A stretch of 64,000 nucleotides of DNA from a virus (Duplodnaviria; Caudoviricetes). Position numbers and translations under genes: made by a program. The DNA lies in IMG/VR virus record IMGVR_UViG_2788499822_000003, positions 3,818 to 67,817 of that record; one strand, given 5' to 3'. The notes under the pieces are model-generated. The model saw nothing but the letters and a program-made list of their open reading frames with translations. It searched no databases and was not told the DNA's origin. Below are positions 34,845 through 44,892 of this stretch, piece by piece; the first letter of the stretch is position 1; each line of letters opens with the position of its first letter.

Positions 34845-35432
34845 ATGGATAATACCAAATTTGTGGTTATTGGCCACTATTCACGCCGGGTAGTTGCCGC
34901 ACAGTTAGCTGAATTACTGGATGCCAATCTGCTGATTGATGAAGGTCAGCACGGCGCCAACTGGAACCACCGGCGCGCCATCGAGTGGGCTGCTGCGCAG
35001 GATTGCCGTGTGGTGATATTGGAGGATGACGCGCTGCCCGTTAAAGGTTTTCAGCAGTTGGTCAGCGAATGGTTGGCACGATTCTCTGACTCGTTGATCA
35101 GTTTTTATCTTGGCACCGGACGACCACCACAGTATCAGATGCAGATAGCAGAGCGTTTGATAGTCGCCGATAAGAACCGGTCCGACTACATCATATTGCC
35201 GCGCCTGATTCATGGCGTTTGCTACAGCGTACCGCCGCAGCATATTGCCCGGGTGTTGTCGCGTTGGAACACGACCAAAGCAGCGGACTATGCAATCGGT
35301 GATGCCTACGGATGTCGGATTGTCTATCCCTGCTATTCGCTGGTTGATCATGCCGATGGCGAGCCAGTAGAGAAGCATCACGATGCGATGCCGCGAACTG
35401 AACGGCGCAGAGCATGGAGGTTATATGGCTAA
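34845..35432 (+). CDS. Glycosyltransferase, GT25-like
   Basis: VVILEDDALP, LIHGVCYSVP, SLVDHAD motifs. Confidence 0.7.
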   Translation: MDNTKFVVIGHYSRRVVAAQLAELLDANLLIDEGQHGANWNHRRAIEWAAAQDCRVVILEDDALPVKGFQQLVSEWLARFSDSLISFYLGTGRPPQYQMQIAERLIVADKNRSDYIILPRLIHGVCYSVPPQHIARVLSRWNTTKAADYAIGDAYGCRIVYPCYSLVDHADGEPVEKHHDAMPRTERRRAWRLYG

Positions 35433-35790
35433 GCTGATCACCCTGCAACCGCGGGTTAAGTCCATCGATACCCGACGCATCAAACCACTAGTCAGCGAAC
35501 AACGTCGCGTGAGTGGCAGTGCCCGGGTAGGCCTGAAGCGCCGCATCTATGTGCGTGACGGTGGACATTGTTGTATGTGTGGCCGAGTCGTTGATCTCTG
35601 TGAAAGCGAGTTGGATCACCGTGTGGCTCTACAGTTCGGTGGCAGTAATGATGAATCGAATCTCTGGACGCTATGCACTGAATGTCATGCGGGTAAGTCA
35701 GCCCGTGAGGTGGCGAACTGCCAGCCTGATGATGAGGCATTGAGGCATGTGATGCCTACGCAAGGGACAGCCGCACCGATAGTGCTGTGA
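35425..35790 (+). CDS. HNH endonuclease (packaging-associated)
   Basis: CCMCG...LDHRV...NDESNLWTLCTECH; directly before terS. Confidence 0.9.
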   Translation: MAKLITLQPRVKSIDTRRIKPLVSEQRRVSGSARVGLKRRIYVRDGGHCCMCGRVVDLCESELDHRVALQFGGSNDESNLWTLCTECHAGKSAREVANCQPDDEALRHVMPTQGTAAPIVL

Positions 35791-35835
35791 TGCTCGGCAG
35801 CATGGCTAACCTTACGAATTGGAGTCATCAACAGT

Positions 35836-35910
35836 ATGGGGGGGAGGGTCGCCTGTAAACGTTGATCGGCTTGGACACCGCGCCCCCTCTCACGCACAGA
35901 AAAAATTCCC
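35836..35910. other. Probable cos/packaging site region
   Basis: GGGGGGAGGG...CCGCGCCCCCTCTCACGCACAGAAAAA between HNH and terS; exact cut site not determinable. Confidence 0.4.
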
Positions 35911-35927
35911 CCTCGGAGGGTATAAAC

Positions 35928-36413
35928 ATGTTAACAGGACAGAAGCGCAAGTTTGCTCTGGCGCTGATGTCCGGCTCGACTCAGACGGCAGCGGCAATCA
36001 CCGCCGGCTATTCTGAGAAATCGGCGCGTTCCAAGGGTTCGCAGCTGGCAAAGGATCCGGATATCATCGCGTTTATGAAGAAAAAACGGGGTGAACCTGG
36101 TGGCAGGCCAGACGAAGAACAGCCAAAAAAGGGGACCCAAAATGTTAATACCCCTCCAGACGTTCCCTCGGTGACTTATTCGGTTATCAATCCGTACGAT
36201 GACCCGCTGGAATTTTTGAAGTCAGTGATGAACAACCTCGATGAAGACATCGATACCCGGAAAGATGCTGCTAAAGCGATGCTGCCTTACATTCATCCCA
36301 AAAAGGGAGAAGGAGGAAAAAAAGTTGCGCAAAATGCCGCGGCAAAGGTTGCAGCGAGCAAATTTAGTGCGATGGCGGCGCCTAAGCTGGTGGTGAACAA
36401 TGAAAAGGGGTAA
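35928..36413 (+). CDS. terS: Terminase small subunit
   Basis: MLTGQKRKFA...AAITAGYSEKSARSKGSQL HTH; position. Confidence 0.9.
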   Translation: MLTGQKRKFALALMSGSTQTAAAITAGYSEKSARSKGSQLAKDPDIIAFMKKKRGEPGGRPDEEQPKKGTQNVNTPPDVPSVTYSVINPYDDPLEFLKSVMNNLDEDIDTRKDAAKAMLPYIHPKKGEGGKKVAQNAAAKVAASKFSAMAAPKLVVNNEKG

Positions 36414-36416
36414 TGC

Positions 36417-38075
36417 ATGGCCCAATGGTCCACGACATGTCTGGATTGGGAGACTCGGCTTATCCAGCATCAGCCAATTATCCCACCGCCTATATTCCCT
36501 GAGTTGGCAGATCAAGCCCTGGCCATTTTCAAAGAATTAAGGGTTTCGGATTTGCCGGGAAAGCCGACATTCGGTGAGTGTTCAGATCAATTTGTTTTTG
36601 ACTTTGTCAGGGTTGTTTTCGGTGGTTACGATGCGGAAACCGGTAATCAACTAATTCGTGAGTATGGGCTTCTAATCAGTAAGAAGAATACCAAATCAAC
36701 TATTGCCGCCGGCATTATGATGACGGCACTCATATTGTGCTGGCGTGAAGATGAAGAACATTTGATTTTGGCTCCGACGAAGGAAATAGCAGATAACAGC
36801 TTCAAGCCGGCCGCCGGAATGATCCGGGCAGACGAAGAATTATCGGATATGTTTCATGTTCAGGACCATATTCGAACCATAACCCATCGCGTCACGCGCA
36901 GCAGTCTAAAAGTAGTGGCGGCTGATACCGATACCGTGTCAGGCAAGAAATCTGGCCGCGTTCTCATTGATGAATTATGGCTCTTTGGCAAACGGCCAAA
37001 CGCTGCGGCGATGTTCATGGAAGCCCTCGGCGGCCAGGTGTCGAGAAATGAAGGATGGGTAATATTTCTTACTACCCAAAGTGATGAACCGCCCGCGGGT
37101 GTTTTCAAGGAACACTTGGATTACTGGCGCGCCGTGCGAGATGGGAAAATTTATGACCCTAAAGTCTTGGGTATCCTCTACGAATTTCCGCAAAGCATGG
37201 TGGAAAGCGAGGCATATCTTGCACCTGAAAATTTCTACATTACGAACCCCAATCTGGGCCGATCAGTCAGCGCGGAGTGGGTGGCTGACGAACTAAGGAA
37301 AAATCAGTCCAAAACTGATGGCACACTGCAGCAATTCTTGGCGAAACATCTGAATATCGAGATTGGACTCAATCTAAGAACTGACCGTTGGGCGGGGGTC
37401 GATTTTTGGCAGCAACAGGCCCAGCCGGTTACTTTCAATGAAATTTTGCAACGGTCGGAGGTCGTCACGGTTGGCATAGATGGCGGCGGCCTGGATGACC
37501 TGCTGGGCCTATCCATCATTGGACGAGACAAAATCACCCGCGAGTGGCTGAGTTGGTCGCACGCGTGGTGCCATAAAATTGCACTGGAACGGCGAAAAAG
37601 CGAAGCATCGAAACTGCATGACTTCCAGGCTGCGGGCGATTTGACCATCGTCGATCTAGTCGGCCAAGACACAGAAGATGTAGCCCTCTACGTCAGCCAG
37701 GTGTTTGAAGCTGAATTGCTCGACAAAATTGGCGTTGACCCGTCAGGCATAGGTCAAATTTTAGATGCACTAATTGAGGCTGAGATTCCAGGTGATCTGG
37801 TGGTGGGCATCAGCCAAGGCTGGCGGCTTGGTGGTGCGATAAAAACAACCGAACGAAAACTGGCGGAAGGAGTGCTTATTCACGGTGGCCAGCCAATGAT
37901 GGCCTGGTGCGTCAGTAACGCCCGTGTCGAACCCAAGGGCAATGCCATTTTGATTACAAAGCAGGCCAGCGGGAAAGGGAAAATCGACCCATTAATGGCC
38001 TTATTCAACGCTGTTTCGCTTATGGCTCTCAATCCGGAGGCGAAAAAGCAGGACGTACAGGTATTCTTCATCTGA
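36417..38075 (+). CDS. terL: Terminase large subunit
   Basis: ISKKNTKST Walker A variant, LIDELW Walker B, GIDGG and KIDPL nuclease motifs. Confidence 0.95.
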   Translation: MAQWSTTCLDWETRLIQHQPIIPPPIFPELADQALAIFKELRVSDLPGKPTFGECSDQFVFDFVRVVFGGYDAETGNQLIREYGLLISKKNTKSTIAAGIMMTALILCWREDEEHLILAPTKEIADNSFKPAAGMIRADEELSDMFHVQDHIRTITHRVTRSSLKVVAADTDTVSGKKSGRVLIDELWLFGKRPNAAAMFMEALGGQVSRNEGWVIFLTTQSDEPPAGVFKEHLDYWRAVRDGKIYDPKVLGILYEFPQSMVESEAYLAPENFYITNPNLGRSVSAEWVADELRKNQSKTDGTLQQFLAKHLNIEIGLNLRTDRWAGVDFWQQQAQPVTFNEILQRSEVVTVGIDGGGLDDLLGLSIIGRDKITREWLSWSHAWCHKIALERRKSEASKLHDFQAAGDLTIVDLVGQDTEDVALYVSQVFEAELLDKIGVDPSGIGQILDALIEAEIPGDLVVGISQGWRLGGAIKTTERKLAEGVLIHGGQPMMAWCVSNARVEPKGNAILITKQASGKGKIDPLMALFNAVSLMALNPEAKKQDVQVFFI

Positions 38076-38104
38076 TTTTCAACTGATAAAGCCATTTCAT
38101 ACTC

Positions 38105-38125
38105 ACCCGCTACGGCGGGTTTTTT
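38105..38125 (+). terminator. Intrinsic terminator
   Basis: ACCCGC-TACG-GCGGGT plus T run; same sequence recurs at 46612. Confidence 0.75.
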
Positions 38126-38144
38126 CATTTCCGGAGCACGGATT

Positions 38145-40085
38145 ATGACGACGAAACGCGCCTACAGCCTCATGACGATAAAAGCCGTCAATGAGGAACG
38201 GCGGGAAATTACCGGGATTGCCAGTACACCTGAACCCGACAGATACGGTGACATTGTAGAACCTAGTGGGGTGAAGGTTTTGCTGCCACTGCCATTTCTT
38301 TGGCAGCACATGTCCGACGAGCCCATTGGCCAGGTTACGGTGGCTAAAGTCACCGATCAGGGTATTGAGATTACGGCTGTATTGGTCAAGCCAACACCCG
38401 ATATGCCCTCTCAATTAGCCGCCAGGCTGGATGAGGCATGGGCATCTATTAAAACCGGCTTAGTACGTGGTCTCTCTATCGGGTTTCGCCCTATTGAATA
38501 TTCATTTATTGACGATGGAGGGGTCCGATTCATGTCGTGGGAGTGGATAGAACTATCCGCGGTCACCGTTCCTGCTAATGCCGGTTGCTCTATCGAAACC
38601 GTTAAATCTATTGACCACCGGTTGCTGGCCGCGTCTGGCCGAAGCAAACCGGTGGTCAACTCAAACCTCGCTGGCGTTTCAGCAACAAAACTTAATGAAA
38701 ACAAAGGAAATACTATGAATATCGCAGAACAGATTAAGAGTTTTGAGGCGAAACGCGCAGCTTTATCCGCATCCCTCGAAGCCATCATGTCCAAAGCAGC
38801 CGATGATGGGCGCACGTTGGACGCAGAGGAAGAAGAGCAGTATGAGCAGGAGTCATCGGAAGTCAAAGCTGTCGATGCGCACCTGAAACGTCTCCATGAC
38901 ATGGAAGCTGCCAAAGCTGCGACGGCGAAGCCGGTATCCAAAGCAGCCGGTAATGGTGAAGTTACCGTTGTCGATGTTCGTGCCCCCGGTATCATCCGTG
39001 TCGAACCGAAACTGGAAAAAGGTATCGGGTTCGCTCGGCTTACCAAAGCGCTTGCGGCAGCGCGCGGTAGTCGTAGTGAAGCGCTGGAAGTTGCAAGGCA
39101 TTTCTACCCAGATGATGCGAAGTTGCAGCATATCATCAAAGCTGCCGTCGCCGCGGGAACCACCACGGATCCAAATTGGGCCGGTGCTTTGGTTGAATAT
39201 CAGGAGTACGCCAACGATTTCGTTGAATTCTTGCGGCCGCAGACTGTTATCGGTCGGTTCGGTCAGGGCAATATCCCTGCACTTCGCCAAGTCCCCTTTA
39301 ACATCCGCATCCCAGCACAGACCTCTGGAGGATCTGCGGGCTGGGTAGGTGAGGGTAAGCCGAAGCCGTTGACGAAAATCAATTTCGATAACATCACCTT
39401 CGCATGGGCGAAAGTGGCAACGATCGCCGTCCTGACTGATGAGCTAATCCGGTTCTCCAACCCTGCGGCGGATGTACTGGTTCGAAATGCGCTGGCCGAG
39501 GCCATCATTGAGCGTCTGGATACCGACTTTGTTGATCCGGGTAAAGCCGAGTCTGCCGGCGTATCTCCAGCCTCCATCACTAACGGTATTGTGGGTATCC
39601 CCTCTACCGGCAGCCCCGATGATGATGCGGCCGCGGCTTTCGATCAGTTCGTCACTGCGAATCTTCAGCCGACAGGCTCCGTCTGGCTGATGTCCAGCAC
39701 TAATGCGCTCGCGCTGTCCATGCGCAAAAACGCACTCGGCCAGAAAGAATATCCGGAAATGACGCTGCTGGGCGGTACATTCCAGGGACTCCCTGTCATT
39801 GTTTCTCAGTATGTCGGTAACCTATTGGTACTGGTTAACGCCCCCGATATCTATCTGGCGGACGATGGTGGAGTGGCGGTCGATGCATCCCGCGAAGCGT
39901 CGCTGGAGATGGTTGATAACCCGACGCAGGATGGGACTACAGGTACGGGTTCACAGTTGGTCTCCATGTTCCAGACCAACAGCGTGGCCATCCGCGCGGA
40001 ACGCTGGATTAACTGGAAGCGCCGGCGTATGGCGGCGGTTGCTGTGATTACGGGCGTGAACTACAGCGCAACCCAGACCAGCTAA
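38145..40085 (+). CDS. Prohead protease-major capsid fusion (HK97 fold); possible internal start at 38715
   Basis: N-terminal protease (FLWQH, GLSIGF, ELSAVTVPAN); C-terminal capsid (AGWVGEGKPKP, AIRAERWINW); AAAGGA RBS before the in-frame ATG at 38715. Confidence 0.9.
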   Translation: MTTKRAYSLMTIKAVNEERREITGIASTPEPDRYGDIVEPSGVKVLLPLPFLWQHMSDEPIGQVTVAKVTDQGIEITAVLVKPTPDMPSQLAARLDEAWASIKTGLVRGLSIGFRPIEYSFIDDGGVRFMSWEWIELSAVTVPANAGCSIETVKSIDHRLLAASGRSKPVVNSNLAGVSATKLNENKGNTMNIAEQIKSFEAKRAALSASLEAIMSKAADDGRTLDAEEEEQYEQESSEVKAVDAHLKRLHDMEAAKAATAKPVSKAAGNGEVTVVDVRAPGIIRVEPKLEKGIGFARLTKALAAARGSRSEALEVARHFYPDDAKLQHIIKAAVAAGTTTDPNWAGALVEYQEYANDFVEFLRPQTVIGRFGQGNIPALRQVPFNIRIPAQTSGGSAGWVGEGKPKPLTKINFDNITFAWAKVATIAVLTDELIRFSNPAADVLVRNALAEAIIERLDTDFVDPGKAESAGVSPASITNGIVGIPSTGSPDDDAAAAFDQFVTANLQPTGSVWLMSSTNALALSMRKNALGQKEYPEMTLLGGTFQGLPVIVSQYVGNLLVLVNAPDIYLADDGGVAVDASREASLEMVDNPTQDGTTGTGSQLVSMFQTNSVAIRAERWINWKRRRMAAVAVITGVNYSATQTS

Positions 40086-40115
40086 CAGGAGGGCGGGGGA
40101 AACCCTGCCATTTGT

Positions 40116-40391
40116 ATGGCAACAGAAAAAATCAGATATCTACGGCGGACGCATGATGCTTCGCCGGGCGATATCCGACCGGTGGAATCCCGATGTGCCA
40201 GCACCTTGGTCCTTTTAGGAATGGCTGAATATTACCGTGAGGTGATCGAGTCGGCCCCTGCTACCGAGGTTATTTTGCCTGAGATGGTTGATGACCGGTT
40301 GGTTATCCATACCCGCGGCCGCACGCGTAATCAGCATAAGATGGAGAATGACCGATGTGGAACCCATTCCGGAGAAAAGAAAAAGCGCTGA
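40116..40391 (+). CDS. Hypothetical head-associated protein
   Basis: Short ORF between capsid and portal. Confidence 0.55.
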   Translation: MATEKIRYLRRTHDASPGDIRPVESRCASTLVLLGMAEYYREVIESAPATEVILPEMVDDRLVIHTRGRTRNQHKMENDRCGTHSGEKKKR

Positions 40392-41710
40392 TGGCGCCGG
40401 CCAATAACTCGGGATGGTTTTCGCTCATACTGGAGCCGTTCTCCGGAGCATGGCAGCGCAATATCAAGGTGGACCGGCGATCAGTGCTGGCTTATCACGC
40501 CGTATTTTCCTGTATTTCGCTCATTGCCAATGATATTGCGAAGATGCCTATCAGGCTCATGAGCAAGGATTCCAATGGGATTTGGAAAGAACGCTCAAGC
40601 AATAGCATATCTGTGCTTAAGAAACCCAATGCCTTTCAAACTCGCATCCAATTTTATGAAAATTGGCTCATTTCGAAATTAGCCTGGGGTAATACCTACA
40701 TTCTCATCATCCGAAATAACTCAGGCCAGATAATAGAATTTCGGGTGTTAGATCCCCAGCGGGTGCAGCCGTTGGTATCGGATGATGGTGACGTTTTTTA
40801 CCAGATCGGTGCTGACAATATGGCTGGTTTGGAAAATGAGATCATTGTACCGGCCCGGGAAATCATTCATGACCGGTTTAACTGCCTCTATCACCCGCTG
40901 GTTGGGCTTTCTCCCATTTATGCTTGTGGCCTGTCGGCCATGCAGGGGTTGCATATTCAGGAAAACTCGGCAGCGTTTTTTAAGAATGGTGGGAAACCAA
41001 GTGGCGTCATCAAATATCCCGGTTCTATTTCTGAAGAAAAAGCAAAGGAAATTAAAGCGGCATGGGATACAGGATATAGTGGTGAAAATTCAGGTAAAAC
41101 CGCCATCCTTTCCGGCGGAGCCGATTATATTCCCGTGTCCATGACGGCGGCCGACGCCCAAACCGTCGAACAACTAAAAATGACTGCGGAAATCGTCTGT
41201 TCGGTCTATCACGTTCCCGCCTATAAAGTCGGGGTCGGTTCGGTACCCACTCAAAGCAACATTGAAGCGCTTGAGTTGCAGTATTACTCCCAGTGCCTGC
41301 AAACGCACATTGAGTCAATAGAAACGCTGATGGATGAGGCGCTGGATCTCGAAGTTAATACGGGTGCTGAGTTCGATATCGATGTTCTGCTGCGTATGGA
41401 TACTCAGGGTCGTTTCGCAACGTATAAAACTGCTGTCGGCAGTGCTGTGATGTCACCCAATGAGGCTCGTCGCAAAGAGAATCTTTCACCGGTACCCGGC
41501 GGGGACAATCCTTATTTGCAACAGCAAAATTACAGCCTAGAAGCCCTGGCCCGCAGGGATGCGCAAGACAATCCTTTTGCCAACGCAACTTCACAGGCAC
41601 AGCCGGCGCAGTCCAACGATGACGATGAGGCTGAAAGTAAAGCACTAACGCATGGCGAAATGTATGCCGCAAAAGCGATGCTGAAAGGAATTTTCCATGA
41701 ACGAGCGTGA
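40355..41710 (+). CDS. Portal protein (HK97 family)
   Basis: AVFSCISLIANDIAK, GNTY, GLSPI, FFKNGGKP, MSPNEARRKENL. Confidence 0.95.
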   Translation: MWNPFRRKEKALMAPANNSGWFSLILEPFSGAWQRNIKVDRRSVLAYHAVFSCISLIANDIAKMPIRLMSKDSNGIWKERSSNSISVLKKPNAFQTRIQFYENWLISKLAWGNTYILIIRNNSGQIIEFRVLDPQRVQPLVSDDGDVFYQIGADNMAGLENEIIVPAREIIHDRFNCLYHPLVGLSPIYACGLSAMQGLHIQENSAAFFKNGGKPSGVIKYPGSISEEKAKEIKAAWDTGYSGENSGKTAILSGGADYIPVSMTAADAQTVEQLKMTAEIVCSVYHVPAYKVGVGSVPTQSNIEALELQYYSQCLQTHIESIETLMDEALDLEVNTGAEFDIDVLLRMDTQGRFATYKTAVGSAVMSPNEARRKENLSPVPGGDNPYLQQQNYSLEALARRDAQDNPFANATSQAQPAQSNDDDEAESKALTHGEMYAAKAMLKGIFHERA

Positions 41711-43025
41711 TCTCTCCCTGATAAAGGTGATTGGCGAAACCGTTAATGAACAGCTCAAGCAGATCGAAAGCCGCTTTAACGAGGCACTGCAGGCACACGA
41801 AAATAAGGTAAAGGGCCTGATAGAGAGCTTGGAACAAAACGTAAACTCAATGGCACCCGAACCGCTGCCTGATGTAAACGCGCTGGTAGAGGAAGCTGTC
41901 GCTGCTATCCCTATGCCTGCTGCCCCTCAGTTGCCGGATATCCTTGCTTTGGTTAAAGAAGCGGTAGCCGAAATACCAGCGCCGGCGGATGGCAAAAGCG
42001 TTTCGCCAGAAGATATCCGTCCGATGCTGGAGAAAATGGTTTCTGATGCAGTGGAAGCGCTGCCGGCGCCCGAAATCCCTGAGATTCCCGACATCGGCTT
42101 GATGGTAGCCGAGGCCGTGGCCGGGATCCCCATGCCACAAGATGGCAAAAGCGTTTCGCCAGAAGATATCCGTCCGATGCTGGAGAAAATGGTTTCTGAT
42201 GCAGTGGAAGCGCTGCCGGCGCCCGAAATCCCTGAGATTCCCGACATCGGCTTGATGGTAGCCGAGGCCGTGGCCGGGATCCCCATGCCACAAGATGGCA
42301 AAAGCGTTTCGCCAGAAGATATCCGTCCGATGCTGGAGAAAATGGTTTCTGATGCAGTGGAAGCGCTGCCGGCGCCCGAAATCCCTGAGATTCCCGACAT
42401 CGGCTTGATGGTAGCCGAGGCCGTGGCCGGCATCCCCGCACCGCAGGACGGCAAAAGCGTTACGCCAGAAGATATTCGCCCGATGCTGCAGGAAATGGTG
42501 GATAAAGCCGTTGCGACAATACCTGATGTGAAAGCACTGGTTGATGAAGCGGTGAAAGCCATTCCGGCATCAGAACCAAATTCGCCTGGTAAACCCGGAA
42601 TCGACGGGCGCGATGCGTTACAACTTGAAATTATCCCGTCTATCGATGAATCGAAAAGCTATCCCCGCGGATCGTATGCTACCCACAATGGCGGCCTATG
42701 GCGGGCCTTTGAGAAAACGCATGGGCTACGCGGTTGGGAGTGCCTCGTTGACGGTTTGGCGGCTATCGATGTTGCCCAGGGGGCTCAACGTAATTTTACC
42801 GTAACAGTCATGCGCTCCAGCGGCGTCAGTGAAAGCAAGGCTTTTGATATTCCGGTGATGATATATCGCGGCGTATTTAAGGCGGGTGAAACCTATCATG
42901 CCGGCGATACGGTTACCTGGGGCGGGTCGCTCTGGCACTGTGATGAGCCGACCGCGGATAAGCCAGGCGAGAACGGCTCTCAAGGCTGGACGCTGGCGGC
43001 CAAACGCGGCCGGGATGCGAGGTGA
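41697..43025 (+). CDS. Pro/Ala/Glu-rich repeat protein with C-terminal carbohydrate-binding-like WxL segments
   Basis: 51-aa repeats; GKPGIDGRD linker; YRGVFKAGETYHAGDTVTWGGSLWHC. Confidence 0.8.
   Translation: MNERDLSLIKVIGETVNEQLKQIESRFNEALQAHENKVKGLIESLEQNVNSMAPEPLPDVNALVEEAVAAIPMPAAPQLPDILALVKEAVAEIPAPADGKSVSPEDIRPMLEKMVSDAVEALPAPEIPEIPDIGLMVAEAVAGIPMPQDGKSVSPEDIRPMLEKMVSDAVEALPAPEIPEIPDIGLMVAEAVAGIPMPQDGKSVSPEDIRPMLEKMVSDAVEALPAPEIPEIPDIGLMVAEAVAGIPAPQDGKSVTPEDIRPMLQEMVDKAVATIPDVKALVDEAVKAIPASEPNSPGKPGIDGRDALQLEIIPSIDESKSYPRGSYATHNGGLWRAFEKTHGLRGWECLVDGLAAIDVAQGAQRNFTVTVMRSSGVSESKAFDIPVMIYRGVFKAGETYHAGDTVTWGGSLWHCDEPTADKPGENGSQGWTLAAKRGRDAR
41988..42500 (+). repeat. 153-bp tandem repeat: three copies plus a partial fourth
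   Basis: Units begin at 41988, 42141, 42294, 42447; essentially nucleotide-identical. Confidence 0.95.
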
Positions 43026-43354
43026 TTATGGTTGCATTGGTAACGTTACAGGAGGCAAAGGACCATTTGCGCATTGACGACAATGCGGGCGATAGCGATT
43101 TGACGCTAAAGATTAACGCAGGTAGCGCTGCGCTACTTTCCTACATCCAGGGGAGCAAGGATAGCGTGATTGATGCTGACGGAAACCCGATTGAAGGGGA
43201 TGCGCTGGACCGTATGAAAACAGCGCTTCTTGTTCTCTTGGGCTATCTGGATCGAAATCGCGGGGGCGAAGAAGAAAGCGCATTACAGCAAGGAGAATTA
43301 CCATTTTCGGTCACGATGCTCGTTTACGATCTGCGTCGTCCGACAATTATCTGA
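43022..43354 (+). CDS. Head-tail connector (gp6-like)
   Basis: LVTLQEAKDHLRID; YLDRNR. Confidence 0.85.
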   Translation: MIMVALVTLQEAKDHLRIDDNAGDSDLTLKINAGSAALLSYIQGSKDSVIDADGNPIEGDALDRMKTALLVLLGYLDRNRGGEEESALQQGELPFSVTMLVYDLRRPTII

Positions 43355-43424
43355 GGAACAAATATGGCATGCGCGGGATGTGAACGTCGAAAGGCATGGC
43401 TTAAAAAGTGGACGAGAATAGCCT

Positions 43425-43625
43425 ATGAACGAGCAACTGGTAAACGAACTAATAGCGGCCCTGAAAGCCGAGACGGAAGCAAAAATAGCTCAAACGGAAG
43501 CGATAAATCGCCTCGCGGAATCCAATGAAGCATTGTGTGGTGTCATTATCGAATCATTGGCAGATGATGCTGACGATGAGAAATCCGGGTCGGCCAATTA
43601 TCTTAGCGGTAAGCCGAGGGGATAA
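43425..43625 (+). CDS. Hypothetical phage protein
   Basis: 66-aa ORF coupled to the head closure gene. Confidence 0.55.
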   Translation: MNEQLVNELIAALKAETEAKIAQTEAINRLAESNEALCGVIIESLADDADDEKSGSANYLSGKPRG

Positions 43626-43627
43626 TT

Positions 43628-43978
43628 ATGCAGTCCGGAAAGTTGCGCCATCGTGTGATACCTCAAAAATTCGTAACAGGACAGGATCCCGAAACGGGTG
43701 GGACCGTAAAAAATTGGGTCAATCTGGTCCAGACCACACCCGATAATGGGATCTGGGCAGAGATCTCTCCGCTTTCAGCCAGGGAATTTATCGCCGCTCA
43801 ATCAACCCAGAATGAAATCACCACGCGTATTACTATCCGCCGGCGCGACGATATTACACCTCAATGCCGTATTTTATTCCGCGGGAAAATTTATAACATA
43901 GAAGGTGTACTCCCTGATCCTGATAGCGGATTGGAGTACCTGACCCTTCCTTGCTCAGAAGGTGTAAATGATGGCTGA
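43628..43978 (+). CDS. Head closure/head-tail adaptor
   Basis: MQSGKLRHRV, WAEISPLSARE, YNIEGVLPD. Confidence 0.85.
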   Translation: MQSGKLRHRVIPQKFVTGQDPETGGTVKNWVNLVQTTPDNGIWAEISPLSAREFIAAQSTQNEITTRITIRRRDDITPQCRILFRGKIYNIEGVLPDPDSGLEYLTLPCSEGVNDG

Positions 43979-44510
43979 CGGTATAGATGTTAATCTTACC
44001 GGACTTGATTCCCTGGTCACTAAAATGTCAGCGGCATCGGATGCAACCCGGAGTCAGGCAGGCAAAAATGCACTGCGAGCGGCGGCAAATATCATTCGTG
44101 ATCGAGCCCGAAGTAATGCTCAGAAGGTAGACAGGCCCCTTACGCCTGAAGCCATTTATAAAAATATCGTGGCCGCCTGGAGCAGTCGAACATTCCGGCA
44201 AACCGGGAATCTGGCGTTTCGTGTCGGTGTCATGGGTGGCGCCAGGCATTATGCGCCGACAAAAGAGAATATCCGCAAAGGGCGTTCCGGCAAGGTATTC
44301 AAAACAAATGGGAGTTCGACCAACCCGGGTGGAGATACGTTTTATTGGCGGTTCCTGGAATTCGGCACGCAACACGCTAAAGCACAGCCCATTTTGCGGC
44401 CGGCCATGAACGGCGCCGACATGGACGTGATAAACGTTTTCGCTACTGAATTCGAGAAAGCCTTGGATGCGGCCATTGCCCAGGGCAACACAGGAGGGAG
44501 TGTGACGTGA
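43968..44510 (+). CDS. HK97 gp10-family tail completion protein
   Basis: FYWRFLEFGT...AQPILRPA. Confidence 0.88.
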   Translation: MMADGIDVNLTGLDSLVTKMSAASDATRSQAGKNALRAAANIIRDRARSNAQKVDRPLTPEAIYKNIVAAWSSRTFRQTGNLAFRVGVMGGARHYAPTKENIRKGRSGKVFKTNGSSTNPGGDTFYWRFLEFGTQHAKAQPILRPAMNGADMDVINVFATEFEKALDAAIAQGNTGGSVT

Positions 44511-44872
44511 TAGCTCCAATCTTCTCTATTTGCGCTGCCAGCGCCGACGTCAGAAGCATTCTGGGAGAATCTCCGATACGGCTGTATCCGTTCGGTCTGC
44601 AGGATGACAATGTCGTTTACCCCTATGCCGTATGGCAAAACATTGATGGCGAGCCAGAAAATTATCTGGCACAGCGGCCCGACGCAGATCATTTTTCCCT
44701 GCAAGTTGATTGTTGGGCTGATTCTGTGGCAACAGCAATATCAGTGGCACGGGCCATTCGCGGTGCCATTGAGGGGAAAGCCTATATTACCCGCTGGGGT
44801 GATCAATCCCGAGACACCGAAACCAAACGCTATCGCTATTCGTTCGACGTTGACTGGATAGTGAAGCGCTAA
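44507..44872 (+). CDS. Tail terminator (DUF3168-like)
   Basis: RLYPFG, PYAVWQ, LQVDCWA. Confidence 0.8.
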   Translation: MIAPIFSICAASADVRSILGESPIRLYPFGLQDDNVVYPYAVWQNIDGEPENYLAQRPDADHFSLQVDCWADSVATAISVARAIRGAIEGKAYITRWGDQSRDTETKRYRYSFDVDWIVKR

Positions 44873-44892
44873 ACCTCCGATTTTTCCATTAC

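Noticed and set aside
41988-42500. CRISPR array or DGR template/variable repeats
   Set aside because: In-frame coding tandem repeats with no spacers, no adenine-specific mismatches, and no reverse transcriptase in the window.
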